Below are positions 13,669 through 28,621 of a stretch of 64,000 nucleotides of DNA, in pieces. The stretch lies in NCBI RefSeq assembly GCF_009914755.1, contig NC_060932.1. The stretch is one strand, 5' to 3'. The position numbers and the translations under genes were made by a program. Position 1 is the stretch's first letter, and the number at the start of each line of letters is the position of its first letter. Origin of the DNA: the human T2T-CHM13v2.0 reference genome, Homo sapiens. Below the pieces are notes generated by a model. That model was not told the DNA's origin, did no database searches, and was given only the letters and a program-made list of their open reading frames with translations.

Positions 13669-13972
13669 TTTTTGTTTTTGTCTTTTGTTTTTGAGATGGA
13701 GTCTCACCCTGTCACCCAGGCTGGAGTGCAATGGCGCGGTCTCAGCTCACTGCAAACTCTGCCTCTGGGTTCAAGCGATTCTCTTGCCTTAGCCTCCTGA
13801 GTAGCTGGGATTACAGGCACGCGCCACCACATCTTGCTAGTTCTTTGTATCTTTAGTAGAGACGGGGTTTCACTACATTGGCCAGGCTGGTCTGGATCTC
13901 CTGACCTCGTGATCTGCCTGCCTCGGCCTCCCAAAGTGCTGGGATTACAGGAGTGAGCCACCACATCTGGCC
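13669..13972 (-). mobile_element. AluS (Sc/Sg-like), full length
   Basis: Dimeric Alu; tgacctcgtgatc diagnostic. Confidence 0.9.
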
Positions 13973-15299
13973 CTGGGGAGCTTTATAACATCTCCAAAAC
14001 CAGGCCACACTACAGAGAAATGAAATCAGAATTTCTGCAGGTAAGTCCCATGCATTTAGTTTTAACTCCTTGGGCAATTCCAACTTTCCAATATGCAGTC
14101 ACATTTGTCCTGTGCCCTTTTCCTTCAAAGACTAATCCCACAGCAGAAGGTCAGATATCTCATCTGCTTCTATCTAGTGATGGATTACATGTTTGTTTTC
14201 ATGAGTTTCCTATAGAAACAACACCCTGATTAATACACAATACATGACCCAAAAAATGAGAATCCCAGACAGACCAGTGGGTGAAGGGTGTAATTTAGGA
14301 TACTATCCCGCGAATTACATCTCACAGAAGCTCACCTGCTTGAAGGATCAGCCTTACTCATGCCCTATGTGCTCATGAAAGAGTGCATATTCATGAGCCA
14401 TGGATGTCAATGGCAGCAAGAAAGAAGAGAAAATAAACACACTCAACCAGTCGGATCTGCTGAGTCAATCATGGAATCCAATGAGACATGAATTCAAATG
14501 CCGCAAGTAAACACCAGTAGTAATAAGAACCATCGTTAATTGGGTGTCTTGCCAGACCTAATGCTGTAGTGCTCAGTTTTCTTTGCCTCTAATCTTCACT
14601 ACTCTGAAGTGCAGATCTTTTTATCTCCAAGTTAAAGAAGGAGGCCAGGCTGAGAAATGATAAGCAATGTGGCCAAGGCTGCCCAATTAAGAAAACCAGA
14701 ATATGATTTGCAAAGCATCTTCACATCCATTATCTCATTTGACTCCAAAACGTCCTGACACACCTCTCTTTTCTCAGCAAGTTGTACTTCTTTTGTCTGC
14801 CATTTTACTAAGTATTCATTTCACAGACAAAAACCCAAGATGCCAATACATTCTGAAATGACTTATCCCAAGCCACATACCCGGTTAGTCATGCAACCAG
14901 GACTCATGCCTCAACTTGCCCATGCCAGCTCTCCTTCGCTTTCATTTATATATAGGGCTGTCTTTCTATCCACTGACTTTTCAGAAAGTTGAACTGCTGT
15001 TATCTGGCTCTTTATTAAGGTATATTAATATTGAAGTAACTTCACCAACTTAAAATAACTCCCCTAACTTTCTTCACAATTCCTCCTCCCCCCATCCAAA
15101 GGATGGGCTGGCTCCCAACGACTACATTCGTACAATATGATACCCCAACCCTCTTCAGTTAATTAAACCAACAATGGATCTCTGACTGAGAATGAACCAA
15201 TCAGATTCTTTTCCTCTGCAATTTGAAATTACACTGAGTGTTTCTTTCTCCATGTGGTCCTAGCTGTAACACATGACTTGGATGCCTAGTAGTAGGTAA

Positions 15300-15700
15300 C
15301 AATAACCATTGGTAATGCTTGCCAAATGTGCCCAGCTCCCTGCCTTCTAGGAACCTGGTAGGATTGTCCTGCCTGGGCCCTTTGTGAATAGTTCAGTCTA
15401 TGTGCCTAGTGCCTGCCAGTCACTAGGTTTGTGAGCAGATGTGACCTGTGCACTTCTAGACAGGATCACATCAAAAGTTTTCTCTGTCTCTCTACCTCTC
15501 TCTTACGAATCAGAAATCTTTGAGGTGGTGGCTGCTTTATCAGCCTGGGTCTCAGAGTCGTGAAGCAGGAACTGGAGTTCCCCTGCCAACCCACATTGGA
15601 CATGTAATGTGAGCCAAGAATAAAATCCTTATTTTTGTAAACCACTAAGGTTTGGGGGTTGTTCGTTAATATGGCATAGTCTAGCTCATTCTGACTGATA
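15300..15700 (+). mobile_element. MLT1J-like MaLR LTR
   Basis: ggacatgtaatgtgagccaagaataaa...ccactaaggtttggggg...tctgactgata 3' end. Confidence 0.65.
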
Positions 15701-15771
15701 GTTGTAGAAATAATAGTAAACCCTTATAAACCAATAGGGTTTGGGAATTATAACTACAGCATAGTCTAGAC

Positions 15772-15980
15772 CAAGAATTGGCAAAGTATAGTCTGTGGGC
15801 TATAGTTTTATAAACTACATGCAATGGAATGCAGCCATGCTCGTTCCTATTTACACATTGACTATGGTTGCCTGCATGCTACAAGGGCAGAATTGAGTAA
15901 TTGCAAGAGAGACCTAAGAGCATAAAAAGCCTAAATTATTTTCTATCTGGCTCTGCATAAAAAAAGTTTGCTGACCACTG
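15772..15980 (+). mobile_element. MER58A (hAT-Charlie)
   Basis: gcagaattgagtaattgcaagagagacc...aaagtttgctgaccactg; 8-bp TSD gtctagac/acttagac. Confidence 0.8.
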
Positions 15981-16378
15981 ACTTAGACCATTCTGACTGA
16001 TTACAACAAAAATAAGAACAATAGCAAATACTTGTGTAGTGACCATTCTAGGCATTTGACACACATTAACTCACTCAATCCACACATCAACCAGTTTCCC
16101 TGCCTCCGTGCTTGCATCCGCTGCCTTCCTTAAATCCATTTTTCACATAAGCAAATCAAACCAAGTGAGTTTTCAATCATTCAGTGTCTCTTCATCACTT
16201 ATCTCCTACCTGTTATAAAAATTTATCCAAATTCCTTATCTCTGTGCCTCAGTTTCCTCATCTGTAAAGCAGGGGCGATATCAGTAACTACCTCATAGAC
16301 TTATTAGAAAAATTGAATGAGCTCATTCAGCCCTGACACTTGGCACAGTTCAATGCCTGGCACTTAGTACTATAAGTA

Positions 16379-16691
16379 CGATCATGAACCACATGATGTT
16401 TTGGTCAACAGACTGCATACACAACAGTGGTGCCATAAGATAATAACAGAGCTGCAAAGTTTCTGTTGCCTAGTGATTTGTTACAACTGCCTACAGTATT
16501 CAGTCAGTAACATGCTCTACAGGTTTGTAGCCTGGGAGCAATGGGCTTTACCCTACAGCCTAGGTGCGTATTAAGCTATCCCATCTAGGTTTTTGTAAGT
16601 ACCCTACTCTCTACGAGGTTCCCACAAAGACAGAATTGCTTGACAACACATTTCTCAGAACAAGTCCCCATGATCAAGCAACACATGACTG
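16379..16691 (+). mobile_element. Tigger3a/MER7-like DNA transposon
   Basis: TA-flanked; tacaggtttgtagcctgggagcaat...catttctcagaac...catgactg. Confidence 0.8.
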
Positions 16692-17593
16692 TATTACTCT
16701 TAATAACAAAACCCACAACACTGAAAGCAGACTCAAGTATCTTTATTTAACAAATGAGAATATTCATACTGCCACATAATACCAATACATAGTAGGGACT
16801 CAATGAGTATGCATGCAATAAATGAATGTTTCTTGTTCTCATACCTGACACTGACTTCTAGGATCCTTGCTAGGGGACATCCCCTACCACACCCCAAAAT
16901 AAATACTACCTGCATTTTTCTCCTGCCAGATAAATGCAGTTGAGTGATTCCTTCTGAAGCCATTTCTAATACTATGACGCTATAAAGAAGGTCATTCAGC
17001 AAACTAGATGGTAGTTACTGTGTCACTTTTAAACAATGGATATTTTGAATTCCAGAGAAAATGGTGTTAGGTAAAGAGTGACATTTTATTATAAATTTCC
17101 TCCAATGTCATCTCATTTACTTTTAAATTGAACTTAGGTGTGTTTGAACTTGTCCCTGAACTCTTAGTCACTCAAAACACAAACACACAGTTTGTAAAGA
17201 AAGTTTGCCTCCTGTGAGACCCACAAGGCAGAGGGATTTGATGGGTTTTTTTTCTTTCAAATCTGTAATGAAGATTTTTCTTCAGACACACTTTCTCCTT
17301 CTGTCACTGCTTAGCTCTGCTTAGCTGTACCTGCATTCTCTCTGAAATGTTACCTCTGTGAATCTCATCTTGCCCATTTGTTTAAGCTGCTGTCTTTTAA
17401 GAAGCGTTTCAAGGGAAATACACCCTGAACAGCATCATCAAGCCTCAGTAATGTCTTCTGATTACACATGTTTGATCTGCGTGAATTCCATTTCTCTCTT
17501 GCCTTTTTCATCCTAGTAACTACAGCCTCTCCCCGATAACATCAACACACCAGCCTGATAGGGCCAGCAGGAGAAACACCATTCCAGGGATGA

Positions 17594-18037
<444 letters not shown>

Positions 18038-18178
18038 TTATTGTTACTTCTAAACCTGCTCTCCTGTATGTTAATTCCCAAAAATCAACCAAGAAGCTAA
18101 AATTCTAAAATTCCATATTCTTGATAATCCACCACTTAACTCTGTGCACCGGCCAAAATGATTTATCTGCGAGGTTTC

Positions 18179-18671
18179 TATTATGAGTTGAACTATGTCC
18201 CCCAAAAAGACATGTGAAAGCTCTAACCCCGAGGACCTGAAAATGTGACCTTATTTGGAAATATGGTCTTTGCATACATAATCAAGTTAAGATGTGATTA
18301 TACTGAATTAGAATAGGCTTTATTCCAATCTGACTTGTGTCCTTATAAGATGAGAAGCAGCGTAGAGACAGATACACAGGGAAGAGGGCCATGTGAAAAC
18401 AGAGGCAGAGACTGAAACGATGCATCCACAAGCCAAGGAAGGCCAAGGATTGCTCTTTGGCCTTCTGTGAAGGCCAGAAAAGAAAAGGGCAGAAGCTAAG
18501 AAAAGGGCATTAAACACATTCACCCCAAAGCCTTCAGAAGGAGCACAGCTGTAGGGCCAACATCTTGATTTTGGGCTTCTACCTTCTAGAACTGTGAGAA
18601 AATACATTTTTGATGTTTTAAGCCACCCAGTTTGTGGTACTTTGGTATGGCAGCCCCAGAGAAAGTAATAT
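18179..18671 (+). mobile_element. MLT1C-like MaLR LTR
   Basis: gtgaccttatttggaaat...ccacaagccaagg...agaactgtgagaaaatacatt...tggcagcccc. Confidence 0.8.
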
Positions 18672-21600
18672 AGCCTCCAAGCTGCCATCTCCTGCCTCTT
18701 TTCCTTCACGTAGGACAATACCTCACCTACATGAGCTCAGCATCTTCTCTCAAGCCTATCCCATATCCTCGGATAAGACATTTGGACTCCTGTAATCTCC
18801 GCTTCCCTCAACCTAACACTCTCCACGGTGCATTCTAATTGTCTCTCTCTACCCACAAGACTACATCTCAGTCATCTTTGAATGCTCTGCACAGAGCCCC
18901 TTGCTCAGTAGACATACAACCAAAATGGAAAGATGAGAAAAGTGAAGAAAGTGGTCAGATGAAGGAGATGGGTAATGTCTGAAGTCAAATGTGAAAAGGT
19001 TCAAACAAAGATATGACAGAAAAAAATATTCATTCTAAGGGTACAAATGACTAAGGCTATAATCTAGTGAAGGAAATGTAGATGATATTGAAAAAAAAAC
19101 TGAAGCAGGTGGAGTTTGGGAACCAGAGGAATATAGGTTAAGGGAAATTCCATTTCAAAATGCAAAAACAGAGTTGTGGAGGCAAATTAACGCTGGTGAA
19201 GATAATAGGTTTGGGATATAGAACACGAGAGGGGAAGCAAAGTCAGCAGAAATAGCAAGGGAACTTTGAATCCTGCAGAAAACAATACTGGCCTGGAGCA
19301 CTTACCTTCCAGATTCAGCTATGAGCCCATCTTAAAGACAGTACCCTCCATCTGACAAGCATACATAAGGACTAGTTTACCAAACCCCCCACACTCAAAC
19401 TAGGGGACGCCACTAGGTGCCTCATCCAGGAAGCTTAGTTGGGGAACCTAGGACAGACCTGCTGATACAAGTGATGGTGGGGTTCCGAAATGTCATACCC
19501 GTAACCCCACTGGATATATCCCACTGGAATAGCAACGGCGTGAGGTGCACAGTGGTAGGTCAGAAAGAACCTACTATGGATCTAACTACAATGATTTTAT
19601 TTAGACCTTGCCCACCAGGTGACATAAGGGTCATTATCCCCATTTCACAGATAGGAAGACTGAGGCTCAGTGAAGCTAAGTGACTTTTCTAAGATGACCT
19701 AGCTCTAGTGAGTGCTTACCTCATTACGTCTTGCTCTACATGTCCACCCAGTTTGCCTAAGATGACCAATACATGGGAAAGCACTTTGATATTTGTTGAA
19801 TGGCTTAGAAACAGAAGAAAGTATTCATGCTCAGAACTTGCTAAGGCCAGAGGTGCTCAGTAGTGAAAAATGGCTGACTCAAAAAGTAGTGTATTTGCCC
19901 ACCCTCACTGAAAGGTCACCATAGAGAATCTTGCCTCTGTAAGTGCAGTGGATACCCCTCAAAAACCCACCCTACTGTCATGTTTGGTCCGAACAATTTG
20001 CCTTCGCCTGGTCATACATGGCCCTTCATTGCTCTCCTCCTCTTTGCTGAATCTCATTTCTTTCTTCTCCCTCACCTTAGCTCTCCACTTTTGATCATGC
20101 TTCCAGGAGCTCCCCCTACCCACTCCACCTCCCATGACGGATTAATCTAATTACTTTGGGACTCAGCTCAGAAGTCCCAGAGAACACCGTGGCTTCTGCT
20201 TACTGTTTCATATCCCAGCACTTGCCATCTGCTGCATTTGTCTATTGACATATCTCTCTTCCCCATTAGATTGTAAGACTGTGGGAGCTGGGGTGGCATC
20301 TCATAGATATACCCCTAGTGCCTAGCACAGAGCCCAGCATGCAGGTTGCCTTGTGGATTCTATATTGAAAGCACCAGTATATGTTGAACTGTGGCAGTCC
20401 ATCCACTCTCTGATTTCTCTTCTCCCCTCTCAGCTGCACAATTCCTCACAGATGTGTTGATAAAGACACTATCAATGGCAAGCTGCAGACCTTGCCTTAT
20501 CTGCCATTCTTCTAGAAAACATCTATCCTCTACAAAGCCCAACATACAAGATGGTAGAAAAGAGGAGAATCATGGCCAATTCCTGGAGCATCCATAAGAT
20601 CTGATGGAGACTGAGATGGTAGGGTCCAGATCCTCTTTTCTTCCTTAAAAATGGTTATCTCCATGAGGATGAGGATCTTTAGAACAGCACTGGCTGGGCC
20701 AGGCATTTCCCAGAGTTCTTCTGATCCCAGGGTCCCTGTGGGACTTCTCTTCATGTACAGCTCTGAATAACTTCAATGAAAAACAAGGAAAGTAAAGCAA
20801 GTTAGAGAACCGTTCCAAGGGGCCTAGCCAAATAATTAGAAAGATTGGTCTGGAAAGACTTTGAAAATTCCAACCTTTATATTATTGCAACAGACAAGAA
20901 GAATCCAGACTTCTGGGCCAGAGAAGAATATGCTGAAAAGTCCACACATATGACACACAAGCTGGAGGCTCAGTATTCCACTTAGGAAAAAGAATCACAA
21001 GGACAATCCTGAATTGGTTCCACATCTGTGGAATAAGGGACAGTCACTGGGCTGACTTTTGAAGACAGAAAGATGAATTATTAAAGCAGTGCTTGCCCTG
21101 AAGGAATCATAGTAATTTTAAAATAAAAAAGTCAAAAGAATTACATAGGTCAACATCTTGACTCCATGCCCAATATGCTGTTCCAATTCGTTTACTGAAG
21201 AACTATTCATTCTTTGGGGCCTTTCAAATTTTTCACACTGTGGACCACTTCATAAAGGGCAAAAAACAGGGATCATATTAGCAGGGTGTAAAAGGGGAAA
21301 TTACTAAGAAGTCAGGGATGGATTCACTTGTGATGCTTGTGAATGCATTCTTCTTCTTTTTATTAATTATTACAAACAAATTAATCATTTATACTCAAAA
21401 CCAGTATGAAAAGAGGCCAACCCTGAGATCATCAACTCCATCAGAGTTGGAGAGCATTCATTCCTATTTACCCTTTCAGACTCATCTAGGATTTCGCTTC
21501 CTCCAGGAAGCCTCCTTGAGTCCCCGCCTTATCCAACAGAATGAATTCCTTCTTACCTGGGCCTTCAGCATGCCACACAAACCTATCATTTCTGTGTGTT

Positions 21601-23489
21601 TGTTTATGTCTGAGTCCAGTATTGCACCATGAGCTAACTCAACAAGGACTGAGTTTTGCCCCTGTCTAATCCCCAGATTTATCACAATGACTGGTACATA
21701 TAGGTGCTTCATGAGTCATGAGGGTCTGTTGAATCAAATCAACACAAGTCTAGAAGGAGAAAGTCAGTCCGCAGGTTATCAGATCTCTGAAATAAACCAT
21801 TTGAAAGCATTAACCCAAGGCTCAGCATAAACAAATAAATTAAATTAAATTGCCTTGGAAAGTCCAGCCACCCAAATCTTGGGCCACCTAAAGGGATAAA
21901 TTGCCACTCTGCACTGCCAGACAAAATGACAGCCAGCCAGCTTTCACCAACCACTCTGAAGTCACTTACCCGTGCAAAATTAAATCCTCACTAAAGGCAT
22001 GGAAAAATTAACTGAGTCATTCTTGACCAAAATGTGGTTTCCAGTTATCTAAACTTCTCCCACAAAGAGATGACCCATCATATGAAGGTTCCTAATTCTC
22101 TCAGGGGGGGTTAATAGATTGGCTATTGACCAGACACATCATCCAATAAACCTTCCTACCTGATCTCAGCCAAGATCTCCCGCCTTCTCCTTGCCAGGGG
22201 CCTGATTCATGCTCTAGGACACCTGCCAGCAGGGCTCTTGACCTGATTCCCAGGGAAGGACAGGGCAGCCTAAGAGAACAAGACAGAGGCAGGGTGGAGG
22301 CACAGCCTGAAGGCCAGCGGGGAGGGAGGCTTCCCTAGAAGACAGACGTAAGTGCAGCTCTGGGCACACACATTGGCTGTTTACCTGGGATCCTCACACA
22401 ATGTGTTGCAAGAGTTCTTTCACGGGCAGATTGCAGCCTGCAGATTACTCAGCATCAGCAAGGGTGAGCCTGAGGGGAAGCCACAGCCTTCACAAGGAAA
22501 CCGGCCCACACCCAGGTTGCACCTTTTACCCCGGGAACTCGCCCCGGGCCAGTTCCTATGGAGGCTGCCAAGAGAGCCCCACTTGAACCTTGGCAGGGAG
22601 GTAGTGCTTGCCCGGGGTGCTGGGGAGCTGCTGTGGATTCTGGGACTTGCTTCCTGTCCTTTCTCCATTGTCCACCTTTCTGAATTTTCCAGTGTATTCT
22701 GGGGTGTGTTCCAAAGAAGGTTTTACAAAGGGAAGATCATAGTGGAATTTTGCAACAGCCTTCTAGCCATCCTCTTCCTCAGCTGCTGTCTTGTCCTGTC
22801 TACTCTGTCTCCCTCAACACTCCAGAGTGAACTCCCTAGAGGACTCACCTGAGCTTCTCACTCACCTTCAGGAACCCCATCAAGAGCTCCCTGTTTGTTG
22901 TGGTCCTAACTCATTAACAGGACATACACTGCCCCACCCAACCTTAGCCTCCACAGATTTACCTCCAAGCTCAAAGAGGGGGCCAAGGAGCAAGTTTAGG
23001 GAGTGGTGACTCTCATGACCTCCATTAGCAGCACCCTCATTCTTTAATGCGCATTGTCAGCTGTTTCCAAATCTTATGCAGAGAACTGTGCAAACACAGC
23101 TTCACAGTCCCCTCAATTTCTCTTCAGAGCCCCATTACTGTAGAGAACCTAGAGGCACCCTGCCATGCCCTCATCACATTGCCAGCTTAGAGGCTAACTT
23201 GTAGTTTTCCAAATATATCCTGCATTTTTTTTTTATCCACCAAATAATCTTTCTGGAGCCAGTTACCAGCAATCCCATCAGGAACCACAGTCAGGCACAG
23301 TCTTCCCAGATTCCCCAGAGGGAACGATGCCACTGAACCAGCAACTGTGCCTTTGCCAGAAATTCCCTTCCTACTCAGCTTCCTACCTGTTGACCAAACT
23401 TCTACTTCCTCAAAACTCAAGCCAATTGCCATTTGCTCCGTGAGATCATTCCTGGCCTTCTCTTAGTGATATGCCCTCTGGGCTCTCAT

Positions 23490-24030
23490 CATCTCTCGGC
23501 GGACTTGCCTTGGTGGTCTCTTTTGCTATGTGTCTCTCCCCATGCGAATGTAACCTCCTTGAGGACAGGAATCACTGTCTCATCTCTGTATCCTGATGGT
23601 AGGATCACAATCAATATTGGTGGCATGTAATAGTCCCTCTCACAGCCTTTAAGATCCCCTTTGAAATGTGGACCCAGTCTGACCTGTAGCTCTGTCCAAC
23701 CCTCCTGGTTACATCCAAGCCTCCAGACCTCTACAGCTGCCACCTCCTGGCCTCCCTGCTTCCTGTTCAATTCCCTAGTCTCTATTGCCCCTACAACATA
23801 AATCCAATCACATCTCCCCAGCTCAAAATCTTCTGCACTTAGAGAAACATCCCAAGTCCCTACCACAGCCCACCAGGCCCTACGTGACGTGGCCCCAGGT
23901 AACTCAGGTACCCCCTTTCCTCTTCCCCAACTCTCCACACCTCACGACAGCCACACTGACCTCACTGCTTCTGAAGCCCACCCAAAAGCATTCCCACCTC
24001 ACCCCATTGCTCTGCTCTCTCCTCTGCCGA
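23490..24030 (+). mobile_element. L2 fragments
   Basis: C/T-rich L2 3' region text (tgtaacctccttgaggacagg). Confidence 0.55.
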
Positions 24031-25078
24031 AACACAGTTTCTTCAACATGGTCACCCCTCATTTCTTCCCACTCTGCAGTCCCTATTCCTGTGGTGTCGC
24101 TATTTTCATAGATTTCTCATTGCTAGGTAGCACAGGCATTGCTAAATATGCTCCTTGATTTGCTATCACCTGTTGCCCATACTCTGTGCCCTCAGGGCTC
24201 TTACAGTTGTCCCAGGCCATACATACAGCAAGCGTCTCCTGAGTAAGCTGCTCTGGGCGCACCCGTTTTCTGCTCCTTGGGGCAGATCCTGAAAGACCCA
24301 GGGTGAAGGGGATAGAAGGTACCACCTTCTCTTTTTCTCCCAGTTCTGATCCATGTCTGGGCACAGAGGTGTGGTCATGGAGCTGCCAGGGCAACAGCTG
24401 GGCTGCAAGAGCCTGCACATGGCACGCCTAGTACCTGCTGAGAGGCTCATTCCTGAGCCCTGTATCAGCACCCAGGACTGCTCGCAGAGGAGGAGCTGCA
24501 AAGCCAGAAAGCATCCTGCCTTGGCTAAATCACACTCCTCAAACCATTTCCTGGCAATATATGGGGCAACTTGAAAGGTGACAACTATATAGGTTAACCC
24601 TTGTCTGCACTCCAGCCATGACAATAGTCTGGTCACAATTCTTCTCTACTAGACCTTACTTGAGAACCTCCAATTCCTCTTTCCTGGAGTTTCCAGGGGC
24701 TACAGGATCTTTCCAGTCCTTTCCTGACTCTCTCTATCCGGACTCTCCTTGCTCCATTCCTGTAATAAACTGCTTGTGGTCATTCTCCCAGCATGCCATA
24801 CCCTCTAAAGCCTCCACACCTCTGCTTATGCAGATCCTTCCTCCTGGACTGCCCTTTCCCCTCTCCTTTGATTAATAAGTTACATTCATCTTTCAAGCCT
24901 CAGCTCAAATGACACCACCTCTATGAAGTATTTCCTGACACCTCCTTCGAGTGGGTTCCAGTCCAGGCCAAGTGCTCTCCTTCATGCTCCCATCCCTGGG
25001 ACAAATTCTATCATATATCGGTAGCATTTTATTTCACTTTCATAAATGTTTCCAGGGCTTTCTCCCCAACTAGGGCTA

Positions 25079-26139
<1,061 letters not shown>

Positions 26140-26140
<1 letters not shown>

Positions 26141-26295
26141 AAGTCAGGTGGAGAAGGAGAGAAGAAAGGAAGGAAGAAAAGACAGAAGGGAAGGAGAAAA
26201 GAAGAGAGGCAAAAGGGGAGAGAGAAAAAAAGAAAGAGAAGAAGGAAGCAAGAAAGAAACAGATACAGTAGGGAGACAGAAATACAAAGAAAAAC
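26140..26295. repeat. Purine-rich (GAA/GGAA) low-complexity tract
   Basis: Nearly pure A/G run. Confidence 0.85.
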
Positions 26296-26353
26296 CAGCC
26301 CTTATTTGCCTAAAGTCCTCAGACAATTGTGTGTGTTGTGGGCTTAGACAGTA

Positions 26354-26432
26354 TTAGGTTGGGGCAAAAGTAATTGCTGTATTTACTGTTAAAATTAAAG
26401 GGAAAACTGCAATTACTTTTGCACCAACCTAA
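26354..26432. mobile_element. MADE1 (Hsmar1-derived MITE)
   Basis: 79-bp palindrome ttaggttggggcaaaagtaattgc...gcaattacttttgcaccaacctaa with TA duplication. Confidence 0.92.
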
Positions 26433-26670
26433 TAGAATTTTTCATCCTAGAACTACCTATCTTAGATTTCCTGGGAAATTTCTCTGCCCTCAGCTTCTTT
26501 TTTTTTTGCCAACACAGACCCACCCAGAGATGAAAACATGAATGTTTTACAAGGATGCTTGGTCATTAGTTTGTGACTCACACTGGCAAATTCTAAACTT
26601 CAGCTTGCTACCTGGGATACCTGCATGCATGCAGTTCCTCCAAACCTTTGGCCAAGAGCTCTTCACTTAA

Positions 26671-27001
<331 letters not shown>

Positions 27002-27121
27002 TTAAAAAGAATGCATTTCTTTATAATTGTAGAATACACACAAAGACACAATGAAAAAAACAACCAAGTGTTAATCCGTGTTTGTTTCCTGTACTTATAT
27101 ACATGTATATGTAGTTATCAA

Positions 27122-27440
<319 letters not shown>

Positions 27441-27619
27441 TTACGCTGTGCATGTATATCACTTCTTATGTCTGGAGTTCTACTATTGCTGGATACGTGC
27501 TTAGGACATAGCCAGGGAAGCAGCAGGAAGGTGTACACTCTGGAAACTGACATACTTCAGACCAGTCCAAACTCTGATACTTGGTGGCTGAAGACCCTAG
27601 TTAAATTACGTAAGTAAAG

Positions 27620-27752
27620 TGATGTTCCCCCATACTCTGCCAGGACTCAGGGACTGTCCGAGTTTACACCTGCTGTTTCAGTGTAATTAATAAGAACATC
27701 CCTTTAATGCTCAAAATGTCCCAGTTTAAACAATAAGTTATATGGTCCTTCT
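27620..27752 (-). mobile_element. MER94 (hAT-Blackjack) inside a MIR
   Basis: gggactgtccgagtttacacctg...aaaatgtcccagtttaaacaataagttatatggtc. Confidence 0.65.
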
Positions 27753-27837
27753 ATCCTTCACCCTGTGAGCTTTGCTTTTCTCTACTGTAAAAATATAGAA
27801 AACAATATCCATTTCCAAAGAACTATTATGGGAATTC

Positions 27838-28621
27838 TATTAATTATCTTTGCTGTGTAACACAAACTACCCCCAAATTTAATGGCTTCAAACAACAAGC
27901 ACATTTTTAACTCACATATGTTCCAAGGATCAGGAGTCTAAGCATGGATGAGAGGGTGGTTCTGGCTTAGGGTTCCTCCTGAGTCCTCTGTCACATTGTC
28001 ACCTAGGGCTGCAGTCATCTGAAGGCTGGATTGGGCTGGAGGATTTGCTTTCAAACCCATTAACCTGGCTGCTGGCTGGAGGCCTCAGTTTCTCACCATG
28101 TAGGCTTCACCTTGGGGCTTCTCATGACATGTGAATGATCCAAGAGAGAAAAAGAGGGAACACAATGGAAGCTGCCAATATTTCTAATCTCAAAAGTGAG
28201 AACGCAGCCTGGTGCCGTGGCTCATGACTGTAATCCCAGCACTTTGGCAAGTCAAGACGGGAGGTTTGCTTGAGTCCAGGACTTCGAGACTAGCCCTGGC
28301 AACATAGTGAGACCTCGTCTCTGCGAAAAAGAGAACTAACCAAGTATGGTGGCATGCACCTGTAGTTGCAGCTACTCAGGAAGCTGAGGTGGGAGGATTG
28401 CTTGAGCCCAGAGGTCGAAGCTGCAGTGAGCCGTAATTATGTCACTGCACTCCAGCCTGGATGAAAAAGCAAGACCCTGCCCTTTAAAAAAACAAAGTGA
28501 GAAACCACCAATTCTGCCACATAGACCCACCCTGGTACAATGTGGGAGGGGACTACACAAAAGTGTGAACACCAGGAGGGAGGCAGGATCACCGGGGCCT
28601 TCTTCAAGACTGGCTACCACA
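27838..28621 (-). mobile_element. MLT1F-like MaLR LTR with nested AluJ (28206-28493, plus strand)
   Basis: tgctgtgtaacacaaactacccccaaatttaatggctt...ggctaccaca; Alu TSD aaagtgagaa. Confidence 0.8.

Larger units (their letters stand above)
13325..14085. mobile_element. MER5-family hAT-Charlie element split by a composite Alu insertion
   Basis: tagtggcttccaactttggctgcacatgagaatcatctgggg, continuing after 13973 (gaaatcagaatttctgcagg). Confidence 0.65.

Noticed and set aside
19270-19310. Strong minus-strand donor (AAG|GTAAGT) and nearby acceptor (ttttctgcag)
   Set aside because: Only ~30 nt apart, too short for an intron, and there are no convincing partner sites defining exons.
22352-22852. Longest ORF in the window (166 aa), locally CpG/GC-richer
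   Set aside because: Non-ATG start, no recognisable domain and no supporting exon chain; this length can arise by chance.
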